64,000 nucleotides of DNA. Origin: a virus. Location of the stretch: positions 4,956 through 68,955 of the IMG/VR virus record IMGVR_UViG_3300006793_000026; one strand, written 5' to 3'. Both the position numbers and the translations under genes were made by a program. Each line of letters starts with the position of its first letter. The first letter of the stretch is position 1. Positions 7,801-16,222 of this stretch are shown here, one piece after another. Under the pieces are notes generated by a model, which worked only from the letters and a program-made list of their open reading frames with translations, made no database searches and was not told the origin of the DNA.

Positions 7801-8699
7801 ATGTCGTTTGCTTCAATGAAGAAGTCACGTCAAGCTGAACTTGACAAGCTGAAGTCTCAAATCGAGTCTACCAATAAAGGTGGTGCTGGTAACCGAGACA
7901 ACTTCTGGAAACCAGAGCGTGATAAAGCTGGCAATGGCCAGGCTATCATTCGCTTCCTCCCCGCAGCTGAAGGTGATACCACACCCTGGATTACCTATTA
8001 TGACCACTGGTTCAAAGGACCTACAGGTCAGTATTACACAGAGAAGTCGTTGACCACAATCGGTCAGGATGATCCAGTCTCTGAGTTCAACAGCCGTCTC
8101 TGGAATTCAGGTGTCGATGCTGATAAAGATCAGGCACGTGCTCAGAAGCGTAAAATGCACTATGTTGCGAACATCCTTGTGATCAAAGACTTTGCCAATC
8201 CCGAGAATGACAACAAGACATTCCAATACCGGTTTGGTCCAAAGATCTTTGACAAGATCAAGGATGCAATGAACCCCGTCTTTGACGGTGATGAGCCAGT
8301 CAATCCGTTTGACTTCTGGGAAGGTGCAGACTTCCACATGAAGATTACAAACGTAGAGGGTTGGGTCAACTACGATAAGTCACACTTCCGTGACAAACGT
8401 GTCCTGTCAGAGGATGATGCAAAACTCGAAGAGATCTACAATGGCCTGACTCCATTGTCTTCGCTCATCGCACCCGATAAGTTTAAGTCGTATGCTGAGT
8501 TGAAGGCTAGTTGAACCGTGTATTGTGTATCGAAGCTGAAGAGCCAGTACGGCCATCGGCTCCTGCACCAACGGTCAGCCGAGATCCTGATGAGTTTGCA
8601 CCGACACGTCCAGCCCCATCTGCAGATCCTGCACCTGCAGCGGATGATGACGATGATGATACATTGTCGTTCTTCCAAGGTCTGGCTGACGAGGACTAA
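7801..8699 (+). CDS. gp32: single-stranded DNA-binding protein gp32, with a frameshift near 8508-8511
   Basis: DKAGNGQAIIRFLP, ANILVIKD, FDFWEGADF, NYDKS, FKSYAEL; the acidic tail DDDDDTLSFFQGLADED lies in the 8511-8699 frame. Confidence 0.92.
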
Positions 8700-8704
8700 T
8701 ATCA

Positions 8705-9418
8705 ATGGCGTTACCTAAGCTAAACAGTACACTACTGTATAAGACCACAGTACCTTCGACAGGTGAGACTGTTGAGTTCAGGCCCTTCCTTGTTGGTGAG
8801 GAGAAGCTCTTTCTTATTGCGTCACAGTCTATGGCACCGCGAGTGTTGTATGATGTAATCAAGAGAGTTGTATCACAATGTGTTACGACCGAAGGCTTTG
8901 ATGTGACCCAACTGAAGGGCTACGACCTCGACTACATGTTTCTACAGTTACGTGCTAAATCTGTAGGAGAACAAGAAACGCTCAATCTGTCATGCGGCTC
9001 GTGTGATACCAAGAACGTATACGACATAGATTTCGAGAATGGCGTATACGTATCCAAAGGACCTGAGAGTAACAAGGTCGATCTTGGTGGTGGTATCACG
9101 CTCGGGCTTACTGAGCCAGGCATCGACGATGTTATTGAGATCCAAGAGGTACTCGAAGATCAGGCTGAACTGGCCTTCGCAATGCTAGACTTGGTGATCG
9201 ATAAGGTATACACGGTCGATGAGGTGATGGTATTCCATGATGAGACTCTCGAAGAGCGTCAGTCATTTATTCAGTCTATGACAGCTGATCAGATGCAATT
9301 GATATTGGCATTCATTCAAGAGATACCTCAAGTGTCTATGGACGTTTCGTTTGTATGTGGTAACTGCGGTAAGCACAACCAGACGGTACTCAAAGGTGTA
9401 TCTGATTTTTTCGCATAG
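8705..9418 (+). CDS. gp26: baseplate hub subunit gp26-like
   Basis: MALPKL, PSTG..FRPFLVGEEK, FLQLRAKSVGE, two CxxC, ends GVSDFF. Confidence 0.85.
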   Translation: MALPKLNSTLLYKTTVPSTGETVEFRPFLVGEEKLFLIASQSMAPRVLYDVIKRVVSQCVTTEGFDVTQLKGYDLDYMFLQLRAKSVGEQETLNLSCGSCDTKNVYDIDFENGVYVSKGPESNKVDLGGGITLGLTEPGIDDVIEIQEVLEDQAELAFAMLDLVIDKVYTVDEVMVFHDETLEERQSFIQSMTADQMQLILAFIQEIPQVSMDVSFVCGNCGKHNQTVLKGVSDFFA

Positions 9419-9600
9419 GCCTGGGATATAACAATCTCGAGAACTACTACAAGACCAACTTCGTTATGAAGCACAAGATGAATTGGTCGTTCCAAGAGAT
9501 TGAGTCTCAGGCACCATGGGAACGCGAAGTCTATATCCAGCTTTATATCGATGATTTGAAGAAGGAAGAAGAGCGTATGAAAGAATCTGGACAGATCTAA
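9412..9600 (+). CDS. gp51: gp51-like baseplate hub assembly catalyst (no own start codon; -1 frame of gp26)
   Basis: LENYYKTNF..MKH..WS..EIE...PWEREVY..EEE signature read by hand. Confidence 0.8.
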   Translation, partial: RIGLGYNNLENYYKTNFVMKHKMNWSFQEIESQAPWEREVYIQLYIDDLKKEEERMKESGQI

Positions 9601-9604
9601 AGAG

Positions 9605-9629
9605 AAAGGCCCCTTGCGGGGCCTTTTTT
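9605..9629. terminator. bidirectional intrinsic terminator
   Basis: AAAGGCCCC-TTGC-GGGGCCTTTTTT between convergent genes. Confidence 0.9.
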
Positions 9630-9630
9630 A

Positions 9631-10803
9631 TTATACCTCGTTACCTTCGTACGCCAATCGTATATCTTGGCGGTTGAGGGTTTCGATCTCCTTGAACTGT
9701 AAGGTCATGTTCGTAGCAGGGAATCCACCATCCGGACGTTGAGCCATTGAACGGTTTGGGTCAAAGTCAGTTGCGACACCGGCCAGGATACACTCCTTGT
9801 AGAAGAGACCCGATCCAGCAAGTGAGACCATTTCACCGTCTTCGTTGACACGCCATGCGGATAGACGGAATGTGTTCGGGTGGATGAAGGCTACACTGAC
9901 GTCAGCGATTTCACCAGCGGTCGTGCCAGGTACCAGAAGGTCCGTGTTCGACTCGGTAGTTTCGGTCACAGCACCGGTGATTTCGTAGTCAGACGGAAAT
10001 GCATCCTTGGCCTTGATCGATACAGGATACATGACAGTACGGAAGAAGCGGATGATGGCCGAGACTTGTTGTCCTTCAGCTGCAGAAGTAGGTACGAAGT
10101 TAAACGCGAATTCGTGCGCACGTAGGTTCACCTTCTGGAACAGTGAGATCGCATGAGGATCTTTGGTAATACCAACAGTGGCTGATACAGTGTTCGACAC
10201 CTTCTTCACGACAGGTATATCCTTGGACAGACCGATGGCTGTTGCGATAGTACCAATGCTCGGTGTGTTACCAGATCTCATATCAGATACGGTCGATGCC
10301 ATCTGAGTCATACCTTGATCAGCCGCAGCTGTTAGGCCAGACATGATACCACCTTGAGAATTCTGAATGGCCGAAGCAGCTGCACGACCCATGACACCAA
10401 GTTCGGTTTCGTCAGTCTGAATTGAATCGTTTTGTGACATGGTAGGCATATACAACCAGATGGTCTTGGTAGTGATACCGGTCTCTTGTTCACGAATGAC
10501 TTCGACACCCCGCTCAAGTCCAAGTGTATTGGCCGCAGTCAGGGTCTTGGTCTCCTGGGCTTCAATCTTCAGCCAGTATGCAGTACGATCACCCCGTGGG
10601 TTATCAGGAGAACGATCGAGTGGGTAGTACAGTGACTCCTCACGACCGGGCATACTTGCACCGGTTCGGGCATTCGGATTCAGGAGACCATTGATACGGT
10701 TCACTCCGGTGTTGATCTCACCTATGGCACGATTCTTACCATCCTGGATTGCACCCTGAAGCTTATTGCCCAGACGTTCTTTTGCTTTACTGAAGAGTCC
10801 CAT
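9631..10803 (-). CDS. gp48: baseplate tail-tube cap gp48-like
   Basis: LYYPL, IWLYMP, P..LF.....R.H.F.F.F.P.S..E, P..F, C.L, M.L.F.E...L motifs. Confidence 0.8.
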   Translation of the reverse strand: MGLFSKAKERLGNKLQGAIQDGKNRAIGEINTGVNRINGLLNPNARTGASMPGREESLYYPLDRSPDNPRGDRTAYWLKIEAQETKTLTAANTLGLERGVEVIREQETGITTKTIWLYMPTMSQNDSIQTDETELGVMGRAAASAIQNSQGGIMSGLTAAADQGMTQMASTVSDMRSGNTPSIGTIATAIGLSKDIPVVKKVSNTVSATVGITKDPHAISLFQKVNLRAHEFAFNFVPTSAAEGQQVSAIIRFFRTVMYPVSIKAKDAFPSDYEITGAVTETTESNTDLLVPGTTAGEIADVSVAFIHPNTFRLSAWRVNEDGEMVSLAGSGLFYKECILAGVATDFDPNRSMAQRPDGGFPATNMTLQFKEIETLNRQDIRLAYEGNEV

Positions 10804-10814
10804 TCGATACCTCG

Positions 10815-10842
10815 TATAAATAAATGCTATGGAGTATTTATA
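10815..10842. promoter_or_regulatory. pair of opposed late promoters
   Basis: TATAAATA at 10815-10822 (+) and TATTTATA at 10835-10842 (-). Confidence 0.85.
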
Positions 10843-11294
10843 TGGCGTTCGGTAAGCAGACTCACAAAGGCAAGTACAGAGTCAAGAACCCCTCGAAGTA
10901 CATAGGCGACATCGATGATGTGGTCTACAGATCTTCGTGGGAACGTGCTGCATTTCTGTGGTGCGATCGTCAGCCACACGTCAAACAATGGAACAGTGAA
11001 GGTATAGTCATTCCGTATCGTAGTTCGGTTGATGGTAAACCCCATCGGTACTTTGTGGACCTGTACCTTGAGATGGCCGATGGTAGGAAATGGATCATTG
11101 AGATCAAACCATCCAAGGAGACCAGACCCCCACGTAAGTCTGCTAACCGACAGAGGTATATGACAGAGTCATTGACCTACATCAAGAACCAAAACAAGTG
11201 GGACGCAGCGCGACAGTTTGCGAAGAAGCAAGGGTGGACTTTTATGATCTGGGATGAGCACTTCCTGAAGAGCAGTGGGATATTAAAGTTCTAA
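10842..11294 (+). CDS. gp4: head completion nuclease gp4 (TnsA-like)
   Basis: NPSKYIGD, YRSSWE, W.SE..IPY, HRYFVD, IEIKP, N..KW.AA; likely start ATG 10842. Confidence 0.9.
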   Translation: MAFGKQTHKGKYRVKNPSKYIGDIDDVVYRSSWERAAFLWCDRQPHVKQWNSEGIVIPYRSSVDGKPHRYFVDLYLEMADGRKWIIEIKPSKETRPPRKSANRQRYMTESLTYIKNQNKWDAARQFAKKQGWTFMIWDEHFLKSSGILKF

Positions 11295-11725
11295 TGGCAA
11301 AGCTAATCGATTACTGGACTAGGGGCAAAAAAATGAGATTCAGTGGTAGTACCAATCTAACACCGTACAGCATATACGCGTTTGAGTTCAAGAATCCGGC
11401 AGATGACATTGAGTTGCTACCCGCAGCGTTCTTGTTCGTACCCGCACCTGGTCGTGATCCTCGACGTGGTATCTATGGGATCAATCTCATGGCACTGACA
11501 GATCCGAAGCTACGGGTTACGGTAGTCAATGAGTATTTGACGATCAATGCGTACAAGGATCAGAAGTATCGTGACATGCAAATGCGACGTCTGTTTTATC
11601 GTGTATACCGTTACCACGCATCCTACAGCCCGGCCTATAAATACATTCCATGGGCACGAGTAAAGAACGGACTCTTTGTTGAGTTAGACCCCATTCGGTT
11701 AAGAGAGATAACGAGAGAACCATGA
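11294..11725 (+). CDS. divergent DNA end-protector gp2-like protein
   Basis: Lies after gp4; YAF...LPAAFLF..GIYGINL..L..LR resembles the gp2 core. Confidence 0.5.
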   Translation: MAKLIDYWTRGKKMRFSGSTNLTPYSIYAFEFKNPADDIELLPAAFLFVPAPGRDPRRGIYGINLMALTDPKLRVTVVNEYLTINAYKDQKYRDMQMRRLFYRVYRYHASYSPAYKYIPWARVKNGLFVELDPIRLREITREP

Positions 11726-12393
11726 CCCTTGACGTAAGAAGATTTATGCATACGCTGAGTAAGCACGGCGGACCTCAGTATACTAACAGATTCCAGGTAC
11801 GACTACCGGTCATTAACCTGCCCTTGATCGAAAAGGCATTGGGTTATGAAGATGCCAATGGATCGGAGCTCAATGTACTGTGTAAGAGTGTGCAAGTACC
11901 AGGCTTTGATCTTGAGATGAAGGCCGAACGGAAACATGGGTCACGCGCACCGCTCGCGCACGCAACCGGATTCCAGATATCAGAATCACGGTTAGTCTTT
12001 ACGGATACAGCGAACGGATTAATACGTACGTACTTTGAGAATTGGTTTGATAGTATCGTTGATGAGCATGGTCGGGTAGCGTACTACAGTGATTCGGTCA
12101 AGGATATACATGTCGACACGTTAGACAAAGAAGGGAATGTCACAATGACAACTCGCCTGATGGATTGTTTCCCGAAGACAAGAGTATCGTATGAACTGTC
12201 GAACGCAAACTCGGACACACCACTTGAATTAACCGTGACACTACAGGTCGCAAACTACGAAATGAAAACCGGTACCGAAGCCAAGGTCAATAAAGCCATA
12301 GGGAAGATCACCAAGGCCAATCGTATCATTCGAGACATCACCGACATAGACATCGCAGGCTCGGTCGCAAATAGTGTAAGGAGATTATTCTAA
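11722..12393 (+). CDS. tail-tube initiator gp54-like (gp19-family)
   Basis: NRFQV, LCKSVQVPG, YFENW, YY.D, L..CFP, LTVT. Confidence 0.7.
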   Translation: MTLDVRRFMHTLSKHGGPQYTNRFQVRLPVINLPLIEKALGYEDANGSELNVLCKSVQVPGFDLEMKAERKHGSRAPLAHATGFQISESRLVFTDTANGLIRTYFENWFDSIVDEHGRVAYYSDSVKDIHVDTLDKEGNVTMTTRLMDCFPKTRVSYELSNANSDTPLELTVTLQVANYEMKTGTEAKVNKAIGKITKANRIIRDITDIDIAGSVANSVRRLF

Positions 12394-14087
12394 TGGCAGA
12401 CCTTCAACAGGTTATTGATGTACTGAATATACACAATAACGAAAGAAGAGCAACCGAAGAACTACAGATCGGGCGTGACATCGATAATAATATCATTATG
12501 CGCGAAACCAATACGCTGCTCAATAGTCAACTTGAAGCGCTCAATGCGGTCAATGAGTCTATTATAAGGTTAGGTGCGGTACTGGTTGGTACGGCGGACT
12601 CCATGTCAAAGATGAATGTAGCTCTTGCGAAGGGTAATCAGCTTGATAAGCGTGGTAATAGCGAAACAGACGAAGGTCTTGAGAGTATAACAAAAGCTCA
12701 GAACAAATCGGGTACGTTTCTTGGTAGACTTTTCAATCTCGAGAAAAAACGCGAACGGGACGCGCAACTCGTGAGAGAGTCACGTGATACAGGGACGGTG
12801 AAACCAAAGGTTATAGGGGATAAGAAGGATAGCGAAGATCGCAATACGCCTGGTGGTTTCATAAGGAAGGTACTGGGGATGATCTCAGGTCTTGTGCTGG
12901 GGGGCATTGCGGCTGTCCTCGGTTCAGAGCTCTGGCTAGCGCTGAAAGGGATTACGGATGGGGCTGTGTTCGAAGGGATCCGTGATAAGATAGCGATGGT
13001 CGGGCGTGGTATTACAACGTTCGTGTCTCTGTTCGCGAATGCAGGAAAGATGATAGCGGCGGTCGGCGCAGGCTTCAGCCTCGGCATATCCAAGGTAGGA
13101 AAGGTATTCCCGATCGCTGGGCGAGCGCTGCGCATGGTCGCGGGTGGTATTAAAACGTTCGGGTCTCTGTTAGCGAAGGTAGGAAAGGTAATACCGATCG
13201 CTGGTAAGTTCCTGCGTGTGATCCCCGGACTCGGCCAGGCGATAACTCTCATCACGTCCGTATTCAGCGGGATCTACGCGGGTATAAGGACGTTCATGGA
13301 AACCGGTGATATCGTAGAGGCTCTGAAGGCCGGGCTCTCAGCAGCGATCAGTACGTTCATTAATGGGTTCGTTGATCTGGCCGGATTCATATTCGGTATG
13401 GACCCGGAACAGACCGCTGCCATAAAGACCCGGGTCGAAGAGATCGTATCCGCCACTGTGGGTTTCGTCGTTGATTTCTTACAGGGGACATATGATATCG
13501 TAAAGAGTCTGGTAGGGAAGACGTTGGATCTCTTTACTGAATCACAGATCGAAGCGGATCGTGCAATGGCTGAGGCCGAAGAGGCCCGGGTACGGCAGCG
13601 TATGCATAACCTTGCGCGAATACGTCGCGATCGCCGTACAGAGGCCGAACAGGCAGAGCTCGAATCATTGCAAGAAGCGTTACCTGAGGCCACAAGACGT
13701 GCTGAGATCGCAAGGCTCCGTGGTCGTATGGAAGACTCTGGTTATGATATGAGTTCTGATCAGTATACGATGAATGAGTTGATGTCTATGACGGACGAGG
13801 AGCTGGCCGCAGCTGGTCTTATGGAAGCGTATCAGACCCGGCAGGGGAATACGGCTTATAGGATTAAGAAGCGTGGTGAGCTGCGTGTGGCCAATCAGCC
13901 GACGGATGTTGAAGCTGCTAATGATAATGCGGAAGCAATGCGACTGGCTGCTGCGGCTGCTGGATTGGGTGGATTGGGTGGTGGCAATGTGGCGATCTCT
14001 GAGAATAATACGAACATACAGTCTAATATGAGTCTTAACCAGCAGGGTGGTATGAGCTCTACGAACGATCAGATAGGACCTGCGTAA
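12393..14087 (+). CDS. tape-measure-like protein (gp29-like)
   Basis: Helical protein with G/A/I-rich amphipathic repeats; located in the baseplate cluster. Confidence 0.65.
   Translation: MADLQQVIDVLNIHNNERRATEELQIGRDIDNNIIMRETNTLLNSQLEALNAVNESIIRLGAVLVGTADSMSKMNVALAKGNQLDKRGNSETDEGLESITKAQNKSGTFLGRLFNLEKKRERDAQLVRESRDTGTVKPKVIGDKKDSEDRNTPGGFIRKVLGMISGLVLGGIAAVLGSELWLALKGITDGAVFEGIRDKIAMVGRGITTFVSLFANAGKMIAAVGAGFSLGISKVGKVFPIAGRALRMVAGGIKTFGSLLAKVGKVIPIAGKFLRVIPGLGQAITLITSVFSGIYAGIRTFMETGDIVEALKAGLSAAISTFINGFVDLAGFIFGMDPEQTAAIKTRVEEIVSATVGFVVDFLQGTYDIVKSLVGKTLDLFTESQIEADRAMAEAEEARVRQRMHNLARIRRDRRTEAEQAELESLQEALPEATRRAEIARLRGRMEDSGYDMSSDQYTMNELMSMTDEELAAAGLMEAYQTRQGNTAYRIKKRGELRVANQPTDVEAANDNAEAMRLAAAAAGLGGLGGGNVAISENNTNIQSNMSLNQQGGMSSTNDQIGPA
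13092..13204 (+). repeat. internal direct repeats in the tape measure gene
   Basis: AAGGTAGGAAAGGTA(T/A)T(C/A)CCGATCGCTGG at 13092 and 13176 (27/29 identical); related ACGTTCG.GTCTCTGTT near 13017 and 13155. Confidence 0.75.
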
Positions 14088-14920
14088 TGAGTTACTTCAA
14101 GAACTTTAGTTTGATACCATATAAGTTTGGTACGAACGCTGATACCACAGAGTATACGAACATCAGTCAGTACAGTACCATACTGGATCAGATTGAGGAT
14201 AACAGTTCGGCGTATCAGTTGGTACAGTTACGTGATGGTGAGAGGCCAGATCAGTTAAGTCAAAGGTTGTATGATACTGTTGATTTGCACTGGACCTTCT
14301 TCTTGTTGAACCCGGGGTTAAAGGATCATGGTTGGCCATTGAGTCAGCAGGACCTGTTGGTACAGATGGACAAGGACTTTCCGGGTGTTTGTATGGTGGT
14401 CTTTGGCAGTAAGGTATCAGGCGAGACCGGTAATGAGATGCATATACTGGTGGGATCGTTTGACGTAGGTGATACTGTTGTGGGTCAGGACAGTGGTGCG
14501 ACCGGTGTGGTCTATGCGAAGAACGTATTGATGGGTCAGGTGTTCGTAAAGGATATTGTGGGTACGTTTGATGTGAACGAGACCATACGATCTGGTGATC
14601 ATGACGTAACGGTGAGTATACTACACGATCCGGCGTATCTGGGTTTCAGTCATGTTGAGGACGGGAATGGGGACAATGTGGACGTTGACTATTCGGTTGA
14701 CTTCAGAGGTCGTGGTCCGGAGGGTGATGATGACGCACAGGGGGGTGTGTTCGATGATCCGGATAACCCGGACGTGTATACCCATTTATCGCCATACAAT
14801 ATGGTATCTTTCTATGAGGAATATGTGGACCTGAATGATGAGTTACGACGGGTGAAGGTACTGACACCTGGTATTGCACGGCAGGTCACTAAGCTATTAA
14901 GAGAGTCGTTAGATGCCTAA
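14087..14920 (+). CDS. gp53: baseplate wedge gp53
   Basis: MSYFKNF..I.Y, GERPDQLS..LY....HW.F.L.N, WPLS, N...R.VKVL.P. Confidence 0.88.
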   Translation: MSYFKNFSLIPYKFGTNADTTEYTNISQYSTILDQIEDNSSAYQLVQLRDGERPDQLSQRLYDTVDLHWTFFLLNPGLKDHGWPLSQQDLLVQMDKDFPGVCMVVFGSKVSGETGNEMHILVGSFDVGDTVVGQDSGATGVVYAKNVLMGQVFVKDIVGTFDVNETIRSGDHDVTVSILHDPAYLGFSHVEDGNGDNVDVDYSVDFRGRGPEGDDDAQGGVFDDPDNPDVYTHLSPYNMVSFYEEYVDLNDELRRVKVLTPGIARQVTKLLRESLDA

Positions 14921-16214
14921 TTACGCTGCAGCACCGAATGCCTTTATCCCGTACGAGGATTCTATTGTATTACGTATCGAGCGTGATGCACCTATTGAGA
15001 TGAACATCACGAACAGCTGTCCTGAGGTGAACATATACGAGGACATTAACCTACCCTACCTGACAGGTACCATTGCTGTGATCGATAGTGCTGGTATTGG
15101 GTCATTACAGTTCGGTGGTACAGAGAAGATCATACTCAAGTTACAGAACAACACAGACGCCAAGGTCGTGACCAAGGAGTTTGTTATCTACCAGGTGACA
15201 GATCATAAACGTCAAGAGAACGGTATGGTCGTATCCTTTATCATTCACATTATGGAGACTCATGGGTATCAGAACCATTTCCGTCATGTGAGTCGAGTAT
15301 ACGATACCAACCACAGTAATATGATACGTAGCATCTGTGCGACGGATCTTGATGTTGATATAGGTGATATGGACATTAGTTACCAGAGTTCGAAGTTGAT
15401 TGTACCGAACCTACGTCCATTACAGGCGTGTCGGTGGATCCTGGACCAGACCACCACCTCAGAGGGTAAGCCATTCTTCTTCTATAGTTCACTGAAAGAA
15501 GGGTTACACCTCAAAAGTCTTGAGAGTCTCTATGACAGTGAGAACGTACTCAACACGTCCTTCTCATTACGACCGGCCGGTGTCAGTGACTTTAATGACA
15601 ACGCTAACCAGATACTGAGTCACGTACAGAAGAGTAATGACCGTATCATTGACGCTCAACATACCGGTATCCTTGATGCGTTACGGTGTACTGTGGATCC
15701 ATTCAAGAACGAGGTACGGTACTTTGACTATAGCCATAGAGAGTACCACGAGAACAAAGAACCTGAGTTGGGTTATGATGGTCTGCCGTATGATAAGAAC
15801 TTTGAGATACGTGGCCAGGCGTTCGTGACCACACTGAACACAAGTCTTTCGTTTGGTGATGAGAGTACCGCGTACGAAGAAGAGACCGAGTTGGCCGATT
15901 ACCGGTTGGGTCTGAACAGTAAGGCCGATAAGTACTTCCTTGACAAGAGCTGTTCCGAGATTGCGATTAATGGATGGCACATGTTCTCACAGGATATGAA
16001 CACCTCCATTGGTCGGGTGATCGATATAAATATTCCTATAACAAGTCCACAGACAACTGAGGTTTCGATTGATGGGATGATTGACCAGAAGTACTCAGGT
16101 AAGTTCCTCATCACGGCCGTACGTCATAAGTTCAGTGTCCATACAAATAACTATGTGTGTTCCCTGGGTTTGAAACGTACAAGTAACCAAGGTGAGTTTG
16201 ATGGTACACGATAG
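14913..16214 (+). CDS. baseplate hub gp27-like
   Basis: IYEDI..PYLTG.I..ID, G.E.I, IVPN..P, FFFY, SGKFLITAVRH. Confidence 0.75.
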   Translation: MPNYAAAPNAFIPYEDSIVLRIERDAPIEMNITNSCPEVNIYEDINLPYLTGTIAVIDSAGIGSLQFGGTEKIILKLQNNTDAKVVTKEFVIYQVTDHKRQENGMVVSFIIHIMETHGYQNHFRHVSRVYDTNHSNMIRSICATDLDVDIGDMDISYQSSKLIVPNLRPLQACRWILDQTTTSEGKPFFFYSSLKEGLHLKSLESLYDSENVLNTSFSLRPAGVSDFNDNANQILSHVQKSNDRIIDAQHTGILDALRCTVDPFKNEVRYFDYSHREYHENKEPELGYDGLPYDKNFEIRGQAFVTTLNTSLSFGDESTAYEEETELADYRLGLNSKADKYFLDKSCSEIAINGWHMFSQDMNTSIGRVIDINIPITSPQTTEVSIDGMIDQKYSGKFLITAVRHKFSVHTNNYVCSLGLKRTSNQGEFDGTR

Positions 16215-16222
16215 GATCCATT

